Positions 35,191 to 49,502 of a stretch of 64,000 bases of DNA are shown piece by piece. The stretch covers positions 883,102-947,101 of the forward strand of contig MU057724.1 in NCBI GenBank assembly GCA_013265495.1, read 5' to 3'. The notes under the pieces were generated by a model that did not search any database, was not told the origin of the DNA, and worked only from the letters and a program-made list of their open reading frames with translations. The position numbers and the translations under genes are program-made. Position 1 is the first letter of the stretch. Each line of letters opens with the position of its first letter. The DNA is from Vicugna vicugna. Lineage: Eukaryota.

Positions 35191-36907
35191 AACCCAGAAA
35201 ACACTGAACGTGAGTTCCTTCCCTTTGGCTGGATGTGCTGTCTGCAGTAAGACGTTGTCGTGACATAGTTATTTGCTTTTCTTGTGTGATTTTCTTAAGG
35301 TCGGCTTCACTTTCCATCAGGATTTTTCCACAATGTGACACTTGAAAGAGTAATCTACTTTTCAGCCATGCGTGTGCAGGTGAATTATACGCCACAATTA
35401 AATCACACACGTTCCATACATAAGAGTGGAATGTATTCAAATATAAATATAAGATAAACAGTAGGAAGAAAAAAACCCATAATTTTTGCTTGATGTTTAA
35501 TTAATTTCAAAGCCCAAAGGCTTTTGTAAAAATAAAATTCTAGTTTTAAAGCTACATCTCTATAACTTATTGAGAAATTGGCTTCAGGGCAAATGCATAA
35601 CTATGAGTAAGGTAAGGTTTGTGGGCTTTGGTTCTGTGTTTTTTTTTTTTTTTTAGTCTTCATTTTAATATTATGTGCATAATTTAACACAGTTTACATA
35701 TATTTTCCAAAAGCAGTTGTAATTTGACGTTTTACATTTAGATGCCTCAATAACACATATTTGCCCACAATTATATGATTCATTTTATTCTGGGATGAAA
35801 TATTTGTTTAAAGTAATGTTTACATATTGGTAGTCCTTGAATTAATCCTTACTGTTTAGTCACAGTCATTAATGCAGTTGAAATTGGCTCTATTCAAAAT
35901 ATTTTCCAACAGAATAAATTTTTACCCATCTACTATTTACAACTTATACATCTTTGTGATGTTGATTAAAATATACAAAGTGGTAAATTAAATTTCTTAA
36001 CAGATAGAATATTTTACATATTAAAGCATATCTTTAAATGTGTGGCTATTTTAACATGTTTGCAGCACATATGTTAGTCATGCATTCAGAGTTTTTAAAA
36101 GGTCTAGTTTCTAATTTCATAGTTTGTCCCTAAGCAATACAAATTTATTTTGGGTGTAATCTTTTCTTCTTTATCTCTCTCAGCGCTTGGAGCAGTTTAG
36201 CTCCATGAATGCGAGCACATGGACTTTTAATTCATAAATCTCTACCGAGGGCGGCATATTAGATTTTTCTGTTATCAAGCAAACGTTCATTCCCTTTTCT
36301 GAGCATGAATTTCCTCCGATAATGGAGGTTCAGGAAGAACTAAAACAGTTACTTGGTACCTCCAGGTGTTCCTCCTCCAGTGATTACCAGTCGGGGAGGG
36401 AACAGGCTGCACATTTGGCAATGTTGGAACCTACTTAGACATTCTGTTTTTGTTCAGGTAATTACACAGTGGCGAGGGACCAGGTTGAACTGATATTAGA
36501 TATTGCTTTTCAGACTATTAATACAAGCACTGTCTTCTGTTAAAGACAGAGCAATCCTGCACCTCCAGCAGAGCAAAACTGCCCTGTTTATCTATTTGCA
36601 TTTTTCTCTTCTTTACCCACCAGGGATTCTTTCAAGCTGAACCTCTGAACTATTACCACGCCAAGAGGGGCTGCTGAGACTTCAAAACTGCGAGCATAGG
36701 GTAGATGGTGCGCGCCCTGGCCAGGTGGCGTGTGCCAGACCCGATGTCTGTCAAGCATTCGTGTATTAGGATGTCAGATGCCAGGCACCTGGACACTTGG
36801 AAACAGCAGAGAATATAAAGCTTTTAAATGCGCCAAGAGAGAAAATCACGAGGAAGTGTATGAACATGACTCGAAGGGAGAGAGAGAGAATGTTTTAGAA
36901 AATTCTT

Positions 36908-37007
36908 GGGGATGGGGGTACCGCCCAGCGGTAGAGTGCATGCTTGGTGTGCAGGAGGTCCTGGGTTCAGTCCTCAGAGCCTCCGTTAAGGGAAACAGAA
37001 AAGAAAA
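36908..37007 (+). mobile_element. tRNA-Ala-derived camelid SINE (Vic-1 type), diverged
   Basis: 'gggtaccgcccagcggtagagtgcatgcttggtgtgcaggaggtcctgggttcagtcctcagagcctcc' (A and B boxes) plus an A-rich tail. Confidence 0.85.
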
Positions 37008-37189
37008 TCCCAGAGAGCACTGGATTTCACCGTCTGCTATTTTATAAGGTTTCTGAAGGCTGAGAGGTGGAGGCCGGGGCTGTGTGAGTACAGGGAGGCC
37101 TGGGTGCTTGCCTTCCCCAGGCTCCCGAGTGGCCCCCAGACACGCCGCAGCTCGAACTACTGAGCTGCTGAGCACCGTCTGGGTGCTCA

Positions 37190-37835
37190 CGACCAGACCC
37201 GCCGCGGCGAAGGACACAGGAAGGCCACAGGTTTAGGGTGAGGGCGGTCCCCTCGAAAGTCACTGAGATAGCGCGGTCAGTGCTGTGTGGCCGCGCTCCG
37301 GGTGGGGGGAGGGTGGTCGCGGGGCGCGCTGCGGCCTGAGGTTTCTCAGCCCAGGGTAAGCCCTTCTCCCAGAGCCGCCCAGCTTTCCTGGGTCTCCAGG
37401 GGCTGAGTCTGTGGTTCTCGGAGGTTCTGTGAAAGGGCCCAGGGTCCCAATAGTAACTCTGCATCAAGAGTTAGACAGACAACCCCTTCTGGCCCAGGGG
37501 GGTGGGTGTGGAGATGTGTCGCCGGGGTCCTCTTTCTGAGAAGTCCTTCCTCAGAGCCGCTGGGAAGGCGGCGGGGAGGCTGCCTTGGGCCGCCTTTCCA
37601 AGGCCAGCAGCTGCGGAGAGCAGCTCTGCCCAGGGACAGTGCCCGCTCCCGGGACAGCACCCCTGCTGGCGGAGGCCGGGCGGGGGGCTGGGGCTTAAAG
37701 AGCTGGAGCAGCCCCACCTCCAGGCGCCCCGGGCTGGCGGGGCTGTCCGCGGGCTCCTTCTCTGCCCGGGCCGCCACCTCTTTCCCTCCCCGGAACCCGA
37801 TCCCCAGCACGCTCCTCACTAAACACCGTGCCGGC
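37190..37835. other. CpG-rich patch
   Basis: Locally dense CpG and GC boxes. Function unknown; may reflect regional GC bias. Confidence 0.5.
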
Positions 37836-40800
37836 TGAACTTCTATGGATCTTGGAATTAGGAAGAGGACACTTAGGGTCAAAAGAAGGCCTTGATCCAT
37901 TTCCACACATGGTGACAGTTTTGTTCTGTTTTGCTTTATTTTCTGCTGTTTTTAAAGAAAATGTAACTGAGAGCCGTGTGCAAGAGGAATTAAGTGCAGG
38001 GCTAACGGATGACACACGATGCCAATTATGGAAATGCAAGACAATGGAACGCTGGCAAAGGGGACCAACCAGGAGTCCTTTCAGCCCCCCTCCTGCTCGC
38101 TGCCCGTGTCTGTAGGTGGCTGTCTCGCTGCTGGACGCCAGGGTGTGGAAACACCTCAGCTCCGCTGTCCTGTAACTGCTGACCAGCGGCGGGCACAGCT
38201 CAGTTTGGGATGACCATGAACACTGCGACCACGAGCCTTCTCACGCCCTTGGTGACCGTACGTGTCAGCAGCTGCCGGGCGTTCCTTAGGAACGGATTCC
38301 TGTGTCAGATCAGCAGGTGTCCTCAGCTTCAGTAGCCGCTCCTGATGAGTTTCCTCGAGTGTGTCACCAGCTTCCACTCCCACCAGCAGGGTGTGAGGGT
38401 GAAGGCTAGTGTGTGCTGCAGGACTGTGAGTCCATGGCAGACACGCTTAACAGACGGTGTTTCCCAGAGAGTTTTGACTTCGAATTCTGTGCCCTAGTTG
38501 AGCCTGGCTTTTGTGTTAAGTGCTGAGGGGGAAGGTGCGTCTGTGACTTTCGCATGTGGTAGAACCCTCTAAAGCACCCTTCACGGGTTGTGCCTCTAAA
38601 CTCACCCTTGCAGTGAAAAGTAACTGCATATTTTTTCACACTTTCAAAAACACATTGACCTGCATTATAGCAGATGACTTTGAAAACAGGATTTTGGCGT
38701 GTGTTCAGGGCTGTGCAGTGGGCTGCGTGTGTGTGGAAGTGCTCTCCATCCCGCGGTACCAGACAGGAGGACAGCAGCCACCGCCGGGAGCAGGTTCAGT
38801 GCCTATGGACACACTGCCGTGGTGACCCCTCACTACTCCACCTGGTACACCAACTTCTTACAATAAGGGACGATAAGAAATTCCAATAATTAAGCAGGAG
38901 AGAATATCTTAAAAAAAAAAAAGGCAGTTACTAAAAAGAGAGCCAAATTGGTCCATAAAAATATAAAAAGATTGATAAACATTAACATAGATCATCTCAA
39001 CCAGCTTAAATGTTATACATATTTTTGAACAATAAATACACAATTTTTGGAGAATTTATTTAGATTTCTGAAAAAAATAGAAGTATTTTCCACCTGGCCA
39101 AAAATATTATTTTAGATACTGATGTATTTTAAGTTGTGAAGGCTTTTGTGAAGTGAGATCAATTTATTATTTTTTTTTCTATTTGGAGCCCAAAACAGAT
39201 CCATGAGGAAGTGCGGATCATTTAAGTCAGCCATAACTACAGCCCAAAACTGGGGAAGTTCCCTTGAGACATGTTTTGTGAAGACTAAATTACCTTAGAT
39301 GCAGATATTTCTCTGTTCATCATTTATCTTAAGAAAAATTTTCTTTCTTTCTTTTCTTTGAGGGACACTTGACAGTTGTCTATAGGAATCCCCAGTCTAA
39401 CATCAAAACCAAAAGGGTAGCTGAAGACTGCTGCCTGAAACCCTTTGATGATTTGGAATATTAATATCAAGGATCTGAAGTTTCAAAATCTAGAACGAAT
39501 TGCAACGTTTAAGCACCAAATTGTGTATAACTTTTTAGAAGTCATGAAGGTACCACTCCGTATTTAATGAAACAGACTATACAGAGAAAAGTTTTAGAGA
39601 ATAATATTTTTTTTATCACTCATTGATAAAGAAACCAACTGAAAAGGACTGTTCTTTTATGCTTGATTTTGCTTTTCAAAGTTTCCTGAGCAGCTGCCGT
39701 AAATTCAGGAGCTGTGCTCATGAGGGGAACCCCCGGCAGGGTGCTCGGGGACACGGGTCCCCACCAGGGTCCTGGGACCCTTCAATGACTGCGAGAGACC
39801 AGGCCAGCGGGGAGTCTTGTGTGACTGTGAAAGTCCCTGTTGAAAACCCCAAGCACCAAATGCTGCTGGGAAGGGGTTAGGAGCAGCGAAGCCCGAAGCA
39901 GAATCCGGGGTGTCCACCCCTGCCGCCTGCGCCTTCACCCGGGTCCGCCCTGGACCCTTTACGCTGCTCAGGCACACAGACTTCTCACATCTCCTCCCTG
40001 GGCAGCGTTCAGGCATGTAACCCAGCGTTGCTGACTTCAGTCACTGCGCCTGCTGGATTTAAACTGCAGTCTCCCTTTCCGTCACGTGCTCCGGAGCAGC
40101 AGCTCCAGCTGAGGATGTCACGTGAATTCTGGTGACTGAGCAGCACTGTCTTGGCTACCCGGCAGGTTTCGTTCTCTTTTTAAGAATCTTTCCTGAACTC
40201 GCTGAGTGAGCTTTTGGAGTCAGAGGTCTCATTTGAGGCAGACACTGTCCAACATACTCTTTCTCAGGAATAAATGGTTTTCTAGTTTTGCTTCTGGATA
40301 TTGCGTGTGACCCTGGGGAAAAAAAAAACTCTCAAATGTCAGCATTTGGAGAAGAGAAATGTTTTAGAGGTTTATACTCTGTATATTGATTGATAGTCCA
40401 TGATGACAAAGTTGACTGGTTTTGAACTAAACAAAATATTTCTTTATCTCTTAGTTTCAGTCACAAACGAATAAACACACATATAAAAAATAAATGCACT
40501 CGTGAGGAAACCAGGTAGACTCGAGGAACTCTGTTCTTTGAGTGATTTTAATGCCTACACAAAAGGGACAATTTTATTTTTGTTCTCCTAAGGAAAACAC
40601 AGAAATATTTGTTATTTTCCTAAGGCAACGTTTCAAAACATTTCCCTCATTCTTACACAAAAACACTTATTTCCTCATCTTCACACACATAATATTGAGG
40701 AAATTGTATTAAGAAGCGCAGGATCTGACTTCGTTAAACAGTTACTCTGCAGTCTGCAGTTTTCGGTTAATGAGAGCTCTCAGATATTAAATACCTTTAT

Positions 40801-41462
40801 TCGTATGTGACATTTCCTCTTTGCAGTGGCCTGAAAGCAAACTGAAGATGGGGTTTATCGTGATTGAATAGCTCTGTTTTGGCCAGGAAGCTTTTTGTGA
40901 TGATTTGCACGACACCTTACGAATACTTCAGTTGCACAGAAATCGACACAGCAGCTGCCGTGTGATCATCTCAGATGTCTGGTTGTTGTTTCTTATGGAA
41001 TTCAGTTTCCTGGAGGAATACGGAACCATGATCCAAAAGCAAAACATTGTATTTGTTATTTCTGCTACTGCAGGGGGATTTGCTTCCTCCAATTATCCAC
41101 CACTGGCTACGCTTTCATGAGGGAAAAACGAGATGACATTGTTGTTGAAATCACTTCACATTAAGCCTTTAGCACAGATATAGTATAACTTACATGTTCC
41201 AAACGTGGGCTAGTGATGCAGGCTCGTGTGTGAAACTGCACACGTTCGGCTCGTGACACAGTTCCTGGTTATTAATGTCGCCCTCCAGCAGGTGGTTACG
41301 CGATTTCTAGTAATTACTGTTTTAAAAGGAATTTCTCCCTCCTCCAATCCTGAAAACAGGAGTTTGCACTTTCATTGTGTCACGTTTGACATGTTGATAA
41401 AATACCACGAAAGTTTAGCTGCTGAGTCTATTAGAACTAAACATAATGGCAAAGAAGCAACA

Positions 41463-41950
41463 TTTTTTTTTGATCGAGGTGCCGTCAGTCACCATGCGTC
41501 ATTTTCTGGTGCACAGCACAATGGTGTTGTCGTGCATTTAGATCCATATATTCATTTTCATAGTCTTTTTCATTAAAGGTTATTACAAGATATTGAATAC
41601 AGTTCCCTGTGCTCTACAGAAGAAATTTCTTTTTTAATTTATTTTTACGTATAGCGGTTAACATTTGCAAATCCCAAACTCCCAAACTTATCCCTCCCCT
41701 CTCCCTTTGCCCTGGTAGCCATAGGGTTGTTTGCTGTGGCTGCCAGTCTGCTTCTGTTTTGTAGATGAGTTCATCAGTGTCTTCTTTTTTCTTTCTTTCT
41801 TATATTTTTAGATTCCACATATGAGCGATCTCATATGGTATTTTTCTTTCTCTTTCTGACTTCCTTCACTTAGAGTTTCGATCTCCATGTTCATCCATGT
41901 TGCCGCAAGTGGCATTACTTTATCCTTTCTTATCACTAAGTAGTACCCCA
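41463..41950 (-). mobile_element. Camelid L1 3' end, 5'-truncated
   Basis: T-run, 'attacaagatattgaatacagttccctgtgct', 'tagattccacatatgagcgatctcatatggtatttttctttctc'. Confidence 0.93.
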
Positions 41951-43099
41951 GTTCCTCCTCTCTTCTCCTCCAGAGGAGATTATAAATGTACTGTTCCCAG
42001 ATACATTATTTCCTACAGATATTTAAGTGCCATGACCTTTAGGCACAAGGCATTCGCTAGTGTGCCTACTTGTGAGTGCTGGTGAAAAGTTACATTTTTA
42101 AAGGAGGGAGTTAATTTTTCCGTATCTCTTTAATGGCTAAGCACAAGAATTAAAGGAACATGATAAGAGTTAACAACAATTAAGGTCATAAATTACGTAA
42201 CAATTACTCTCTGGGTAACTATCCTCTCCCAAGAACAGGAAAGAAGATCTTGAAAAATAATGTTTAACTCTCTCAGTACAGTAGTTTTTATTCTGAAAGC
42301 AGGGAAACTGACTTCCTTGCGAGGACACCCGTAGTACTGAAACTGGACACATGTGCCTGAAGTGTAAAGCTGGTTCTGAGCGCTGTCACATCAGTTGTCA
42401 GCACCCAAACGGTGAGTTCCAGGCTGTATTTTATTAGTGAATGTTAAAAGTCGTAATCTATCCACAAGCTTTCAAAGCCACTGGCATGACCAGGAGTGGA
42501 GCAAGAGAAAGAGGGTTGCAAGGTGTTGGAGGCGCCCGTGTGTCCTCCACGCCCAGCTGGCCCTCTGTCTACTGCTCCTCGTGAATGCCCGCCCTCCAGG
42601 CAGGACACTCTCTCTCTAGCTTAACAGGGTCCCTGGGCTCCCCCCGCCACACGCACACGTACTGCGGACTCGGGGATGCAGACGCTGCTCAGATTCCTCT
42701 CAGTAAAGGGCGCGCCACCAGCCGGGCAGCTGAGAGGTGCTCAGCAACCACTCACACAGCCAAGGCTGCCCACGGAGGGGCAGACCTGCGGGAACGAGGC
42801 CCCAGGGCTCCAGTTCCTGCAGGGCAGAGACCCCAGCCCACGGACCTGCTCGCAAAGCAAGACCGTCCCCCGGAGAGAGGCAGCCATGCTCCCCACCCTA
42901 GTTCTGGAGCAGCAATGGCAAGGTTTGCACAGGGAGAGGCGGAGAGAAAGGAAAGGGCTGCCCAGCTCACCCCAAGTAAAGTGACGGATTTGAAACAGGA
43001 CGCAGGGAAGTTGAGCTACAGGGGCACTCTTGCAGAAAGTGTAGACAGTGGTGCTACAGAATGAGGAGGAGGCTGGAAGCTCCTTGAGGGCAATGGGCT

Positions 43100-44900
43100 A
43101 GACTGTACCCCACGTGGAAAGTCAGCAGAAAGAGCTGGAAAAAGCAGCAGCCAGGAAGGGCCCTCCTGAGGGGGACAGACCTCGGAGAAGGACTTCAGAG
43201 ATGACTCTGGCAAACAGCCCCACATGTCGCTGTACCAGACTGCGCGACAATGTACATCCCAGAAAGTTACTGAAAACAATAAAGCAGTCAGCTGGAAACC
43301 CGTGGAGGGAAGCAGCGTGACACCCACAGGCAGACAGCTTAACAGAGAGATAGGAGACAAGACAGACAGACAAGCCTTGTACACCCCCCCTCGCTCCAGG
43401 ACTCGGCCTCGCAAGGCGCAGCCCTGGGGCGCAGTGCGGGGGGTGCTCTGCGCGGGAGGGGTGCTGCTGAGGGAGCCGCCCAGTCTGCAACCGGACAAGC
43501 AGGAAGCCCACCAGCCAGCCCGGGGGCGTAGGGGTCAGAATCCAGATAACGACGCAGATCAGTGTTTAAATACTGTGCTGTCTGAAACGTGCAGTCATCA
43601 CCACCCCCGACAACACGCTGCAGGACGAGCAAGTGTTCCACAAGCAGGAGAAGAGCAAGCAACGGAAACGATCTCAGAAAGGGCAGACACTCAAGGCTCA
43701 AGGCCCTCAACACAGGGACTCACGGAGACCCTGCTCGCGGACGTGCAGGACAGCGTGACGGCCATGGCTCATCCGAGGACCTCGGAAAGACGCAGAGATC
43801 CTGGAAAGGACCCAGAGAGGAATTCTGCTGCTGCAACGTGTACCTGAAGTTTTCACAGAGTCACACAGGGATTCAACAGCAGAGGAAAAACTCTAGTAAT
43901 GTGCAGGTAGAACAATGGACGTTACACAACGTGAAAAATGGAAGAAAATAATAATTAATAAAGATAAAAAGAACCTTAGAGAAACGTGGGTCCCACAGAC
44001 ACACCAGCGCACATGTAATGGGAGAAGTGGGAGAGAGGAGAGCGAGAAAGTAGAAAAAATAGTTGAGAAAAAATTACCTGTGAAGATAAATTAACAGTGA
44101 TTATGTAAACAGACGATCAGAGAAAAATAATGAAAAGAAGAACAGAGCCTCAGGGAAATTTGGGACCCGATTCAGCGCCCCGTCACACCTCTGTGAGTCC
44201 TAGTAGGGGGAGAGGGAGAAGGCAGAAGGAAAAACCTGAAGAAATAATGACTGAAAGCTCCCCAAATTTACTGTAAAATAATAATGAAGATGTCCAGGAA
44301 GTGCAAAGAATTCTAACCACCAACTAGGACGGACACGGGGGCGTGCCCACAGACGCGCCGTGGTGAGGAAGCTGGAAGCCAGAGGCGAGGGAAAACCCTC
44401 GAAAGCAGAAAGGAAAAACAATCACGTACAAAGTGACCTCAGCACAGGTCATAACTGACTTCTCTGCAGGAACAACGCAGGCCGGAAAGTGCTCAGATCG
44501 CACAGTCCAAGTTCCCACAGAGCAGAGCTGCCAGCTGTGAGCCCCACACCCACAGAGCTCTCTCTCCAAGAGAAGGGGAAACAAAGGCATGAGGAAGATT
44601 CCCAAACACCGAGAACCTGTCTCGAGCAGACTCATGTTAAAAGCAGCACTGAAGCGAATTCTTCAGGCTGAGGGCAAGTGACACCAGGTGGTAGTTCAAA
44701 TCCCCAGGTTAAAAGAAACAAAACGGTGAACCGGTAGAAGCAATTACCTACTTACAAAAGACACCTTTTTTGTGCAGCTTTTTCCTCTTTTCTTCTCTTA
44801 ACTCATTTAAAAGCTGGTGGTATAAAAAATAGGCATTTGTTTCGTGGGGCCTGTAGCACGCGAAAATGTGGTATAGATCTCGTACATTTTCCAGTAACAC
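43100..44900 (+). mobile_element. Ancient L1 5' region / ORF1 remnant
   Basis: ORF1-like motifs 'gaacagagcctcagggaaatttgggac', 'gaagaaataatgactgaaagctccccaaattt', 'aactgacttctctgcaggaacaa', 'aattcttcaggctgagggcaagtgacaccagg'. Confidence 0.8.
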
Positions 44901-46129
44901 AAAGGAGGCACTGAAAGCGATGGCCGAGAAAAGAACTGACCTCAATATTTTTAGAAATAGCATTTTGACTGAACGTTACAGGCTGAAAAAAGAAAAACAA
45001 CTGAAGCAAGTACTGTGCACTAGTCAGTAAATCTGTTTTCAGAGCAGCACGGGTTAGCAGCTCTAACACTGTGTTCTGGGTTGAGTAAGTACATCCACAC
45101 ACAGGGAATAATGCAGACCAGGCTCTTCCCGCTGCAGCAAGGACGAGGGAAACACGGAGTCTCGCAGGAACCTGTGGGGCTGAGCTGGGATCGCAGTATC
45201 AGAGCGTGCTCGTTTCACAGGCACGTAAGTATACATTAATTTTTTTTTACTAAAAACGTATGTGTTGTTTATCTGAAGCAAAATCCACACATCTAGACTA
45301 CATCTCTTTGCGTTTCCCTGACACGTTGCATCTCCTTGTCTTGCAGAATTTGCTCATAGTATTTCCTGCAGTTATAATCCGTGTCCCAGTTACACTGACA
45401 CATAACTCATTTCATTCTTTTGTCCACTCGTATTCATTAATGAAAAAAGACTCTCAACGTCAGCGTTATGCACCAGAGCACAGAATATGTGGTAACTCTG
45501 AGAACTGACTTTCCAACTTGATTTGCTGAAGCACATGACGCTGCCTTTCACGCTGTAACTTCCCACTGTTCAGGACTATTTAGCATCGCTTCATCACAGT
45601 TCAGGATGTTTTATGTCCACAGCGGCTCCCGTCTGTGTCGTGGTGTCACATCAGTCAGTGCTTCCGAATTACCAGGAACGGCTGGGCATCTGCTGAGCTC
45701 GCGATGAACGGGTCTCAAACTGACCGAGTACCTGTCGAGTGCTGCTCCTCTACATAAACTCTGTCAGTTGTGCGTGAGGTGAGTTACATCATTATGTTGA
45801 AAAATCTATAAATTAAGAACGTGATTATATCAAAAGGATGAATGAAGGAAAATGGTAATTGTATGTGCTTCAATTCTAGGTTCAGACAAATAATGAAAAA
45901 AATTAAACTCTCAGTCAATAAGGACTCCTTCGAAGAGGGGGGAGTTTAAGAAGCCACAGGCCATGACATCAGGACAATATGCGCATCACAAAGAATTACA
46001 GGAAAAGGTAATTTTGTAATTTTTTCCCTTATATATAAGAATAAGAATTATTGTTTTTGAGTATTGCTTCGTCTGGGTAATTCACATCACATTGAATCAC
46101 TAGCTCACAAACACCCTTAAATTCCCAAT

Positions 46130-46270
46130 GAAAGAGACTTCAAGTGATGATACATCTCCCTTGTTTACAGCTGAATGAATTAGAACTGAGAACTGAAATG
46201 ACACGGTCAAGGTCAAACAGAGATTTATGGTTAAACTTGGATTAAGACCCAGATGTTCCAACTTCTCTGA
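46130..46270 (-). mobile_element. MIR SINE fragment
   Basis: MIR core 'tttacagctga..aaatgacacggtcaaggtcaaacag..ggattaagacccag'. Confidence 0.6.
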
Positions 46271-46369
46271 ATTGTCGCCTTGCCCTTAATGACAAAGCCC
46301 TCATCCTTCTCCTACTGTAGATTTTGCTGTCCAATAATTTATTTTTATTTATGTATTGACAAAAAATAA

Positions 46370-47052
46370 TTATCTGTATGTATATACTAAGGCACATAAA
46401 TGACTAAATAAATGAATGACAGAGACAAATCAGTGCAGGATCCCCAGTAAGTAACGTAGACACTCCACTTTGAGGGGTTAGAATGTAACCCCTCACCCCT
46501 TCAGTGTGGGCTGAGCAGGAAGGCGTCACCAGACAGCGCCCAGTATGGAAAAGAAGGGGGTGAGGAAGGGCAGCTTCACGCAAAGAACGCTGGCAAGCAC
46601 TGTCTCCACCAGGAGACCACGGTCACCACCAGCAGTGGTAAGTCCCGCTGGTCATCAGTACCTTGTGCACGACACGATGAGCACAGCGTCTGACCTGCGT
46701 GGTCTTACAGAATGCCTGACCGGTACTCCTGAAATCTGTCAAGGCCAACAAAAGCAAGGAAAGTCTGAGAAACTGTCTCAGTGTACAGGAGCCTAAGGAG
46801 ACGCAGAGAAGAAATAAAATATGGTATCTTAGATGGGATTCTGGAACAGTGAGCATACATTAGGCAAAAACTAAAGAAATCTGAATAAAATGTGACCTTC
46901 AGTTCACAATAATGTATTGGTTATTGGTTTATTGGGTGCAGTAAACACACTATTGTAACACAATATTTTAACAATAATGGAAATTGTGGGGGTATACAGG
47001 AACTCTTTGTACTATCCTTACATTTTAAAAATAAAAATACTTATTTTTAAAA
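46370..47052 (+). mobile_element. L1MC/L1MD-type 3' UTR
   Basis: 'aaggaaagtctgagaaactgtc..ggagcctaaggagac', 'gatgggattctggaacag', 'aaaaactaaagaaatctgaataaa', 'ggaactctttgtactatc'. Confidence 0.85.
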
Positions 47053-47064
47053 ATGAGCATAACA

Positions 47065-48400
47065 AGAAATCACACGCTCATGTACGTGATAAATAGTCCT
47101 CAGCAGAACTGCACAGTGGGCTGTCTCTGGTACAGGCGGTGTTAGGGAAGCTGGATGGTCTCATTGCAAAGAATGAAGTTTGACCTTTTATCTCTTACAC
47201 TCTGTACAATAATTGACTCAAAATGGATTAGAGAACTAAATGTAAGACCTAAAATTGTAAATCTTCCAGAAGAAAACATGGAGGAAAGATTCATGACATT
47301 GGATTTGACAATGATTTCTTGGCCACGAAGCCAAACACAAACAACAAAAGCAAAAACAGAATGATGGGACTATGTCAAAGTTAAAAACTTCTGTGCGACA
47401 AAGGAAGCTATTAGCAGAGTGAAAGACAAGCTGCGAAAAGGGGAAAATACTTGCAAATCATAGCTCTGGTAAGAAATAAATATCCAGAATATAGAAAGAA
47501 TTCCTGTAATTCAACAACAAAGAAGGTAAATAACCAGATTAAAAAATGGGGAAAGGTCTCAGACAGACATTTTTTCCAAAGAACATTTACACATAGTCAA
47601 CAAGCGTATGAAAATGTGCTTCTCATCATGAATCAGGGAAACGCAAGTCAAAATCACAGGGAGAGACCACCTCACATCTGCCGAGGTAGCCACTACCACC
47701 AGCACCATCGCCACGGACAGCAAAAGCAGATAATGAGCAGTGTTGGTAATGACGTGAAGAAACTGGAGCCCTTGTGAACTGTTGATAGGGATGCAAAATG
47801 GTGCAGCTGTTGTAGAAAAAGTATGGAGATGCCTCAGACAATTAAAAATACATCTACCATTTGATCCAACAATCCCACTTTTGGGCATTTATCCAAAAGA
47901 AATGAAAACAAGATCTCAAGGAGATATTTGCACACTCATGTTCATCGTCACATTATTCATAATAGCCAAAAGGTAGAGGAAACCTCAAGGTCCATTGACA
48001 GATGACTGGATAAAGAAAATGCAGTACATACACACAGTGGAATATTATGCAGCCTTTAAAAAGAAGGAAATCCTGTTCTATGCTACAACATGGGTAAGCC
48101 TGGAGGACATTTGTTCAGTGTGACTGGACACAAAAAGGCAAACACTGCATGGTTCCATTTATGCGAGGTGTCTAATATAGTCTGACTGTTAGAAACCACA
48201 GAAAGTAGAATGGTGGCTGCCAGGGACTAGGAAGAGGGGAAAGTGAGAAGCTGTTCAATGGCTTTAGCAGTTTTGCAAGATGGAAAAGTTCTAGAGATCT
48301 TTTGTGCAAAAATGTGGATATATTTATTACTGATTGGTACACTGAGAAATGGTTAAGATGATAAATTTTATGTGTCGTTCACCACAATTATAAACCAAAT
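47065..48400 (+). mobile_element. L1MA/L1MB-type ORF2 end plus 3' UTR
   Basis: The ORF at 47782 (HLPFDPTIPLLGIYPKEMK...CTLMF) is the L1 ORF2 C-terminus, frameshifted. Terminus 'ggttaagatgataaattttatg..caccacaat'. Confidence 0.93.
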
Positions 48401-48499
48401 ACCAATTAATAAAACACGTGTTCTTGAAAGAAACATGATAAATATAAAATATTGGCATTATTTTAGAAATCTGCACTCCTCTCAGTGAATTCAAAGGCA

Positions 48500-48990
48500 T
48501 TTATAATAACATGCACAATCTTGAACAAAATCCCTTGTGTTTTTCCTGCCTTTCCTAATGTGTACATTTCCCTGAACCGGATGTTGCTTTTGAACTTTGC
48601 GTGGTCCTCTAAGGCATGTGCTTTTCTGGACCTTGATTTTATTCTTCAAAACTTTGTTAAGAGTCACCTTTGTTGAGACACATAGCAGTCGTTCACCATT
48701 TCACTAAGGGAGCAGCCTTTCGAGGGTTACCCCAAATCTGAGAAGTCCGTTCTGACTCTGGGCCTGCGTGACCTCACAACTTGACTCTCGTCCTGGCCAC
48801 AGAGATCGATCCTGGAGCGAGCGGTGCCCCGCGGAGCGCCAGCCACTCCGGCAGAACACACCCAGCTGCACCATGCGCTAAGCTTCTCCTCCGGTTTCTA
48901 TTTTTAACATCTGAGCATATTCCTCACTATCTTTCAAGCTCAGCTATGATGAATATTTTATCTGATTTTAAAATTTTAGTTATTTCTGCT
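48500..48990 (-). mobile_element. Ancient L1ME-type fragment
   Basis: 'ttttgaacttt..ttattcttcaaaactttgtt..catagcagtcgttca' and 'tgattttaaaattttag'. Weak match. Confidence 0.4.
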
Positions 48991-49502
48991 GTGAGAGTTT
49001 TCCATCTGCCCAGAAGAACCCACGTTGCCAGAAGTCTGCCTCACTGGAGGGCCTCGCCTTCCACCAATTATCTGCAACTATTTCTCTCCCTTTCTCAGTT
49101 TCTTCTCTTCTGACAGCTTTGACTGAAACCCGAGATGTGCAGCCCTTGGCGTGTCTGGGAATTTCCCCCTTTTCATTGACTGGGTCTGGAATATGAGCAC
49201 AAGAAACTCATTGCAGTTCTCAGTATTTGAATTTTCATTTCACATTTATTTTAAAATAATAAATATACATTTGTTTTAAACATCTAAAAAGTAACAGACA
49301 AGCAGTCCTATGTTTGCAAACGGCAGGGCTACCAAAACAGAACTGTTGAGGTCAGAATGAACTGCCACTGAGCTATAAAGTGAGCCAAAACTGATTTAAT
49401 GATAATCCTTTAAAAAGCACCTGGAAAATCAAATACAGAAAAATTGCTGAGTTTGGGTGCAAAGAAAATGAAGAATGGTAGAGATGTGTGATTTTTTGTT
49501 TG

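Noticed and set aside
43224..43951. 207-aa and 120-aa ORFs
   Set aside because: They lie within GC-shifted ancient L1 5' sequence, with no recognisable domain or splice structure.
47155..47976. Protein-coding gene from consecutive plus-strand ORFs
   Set aside because: Frameshifted, stop-containing L1 ORF2 C-terminus.
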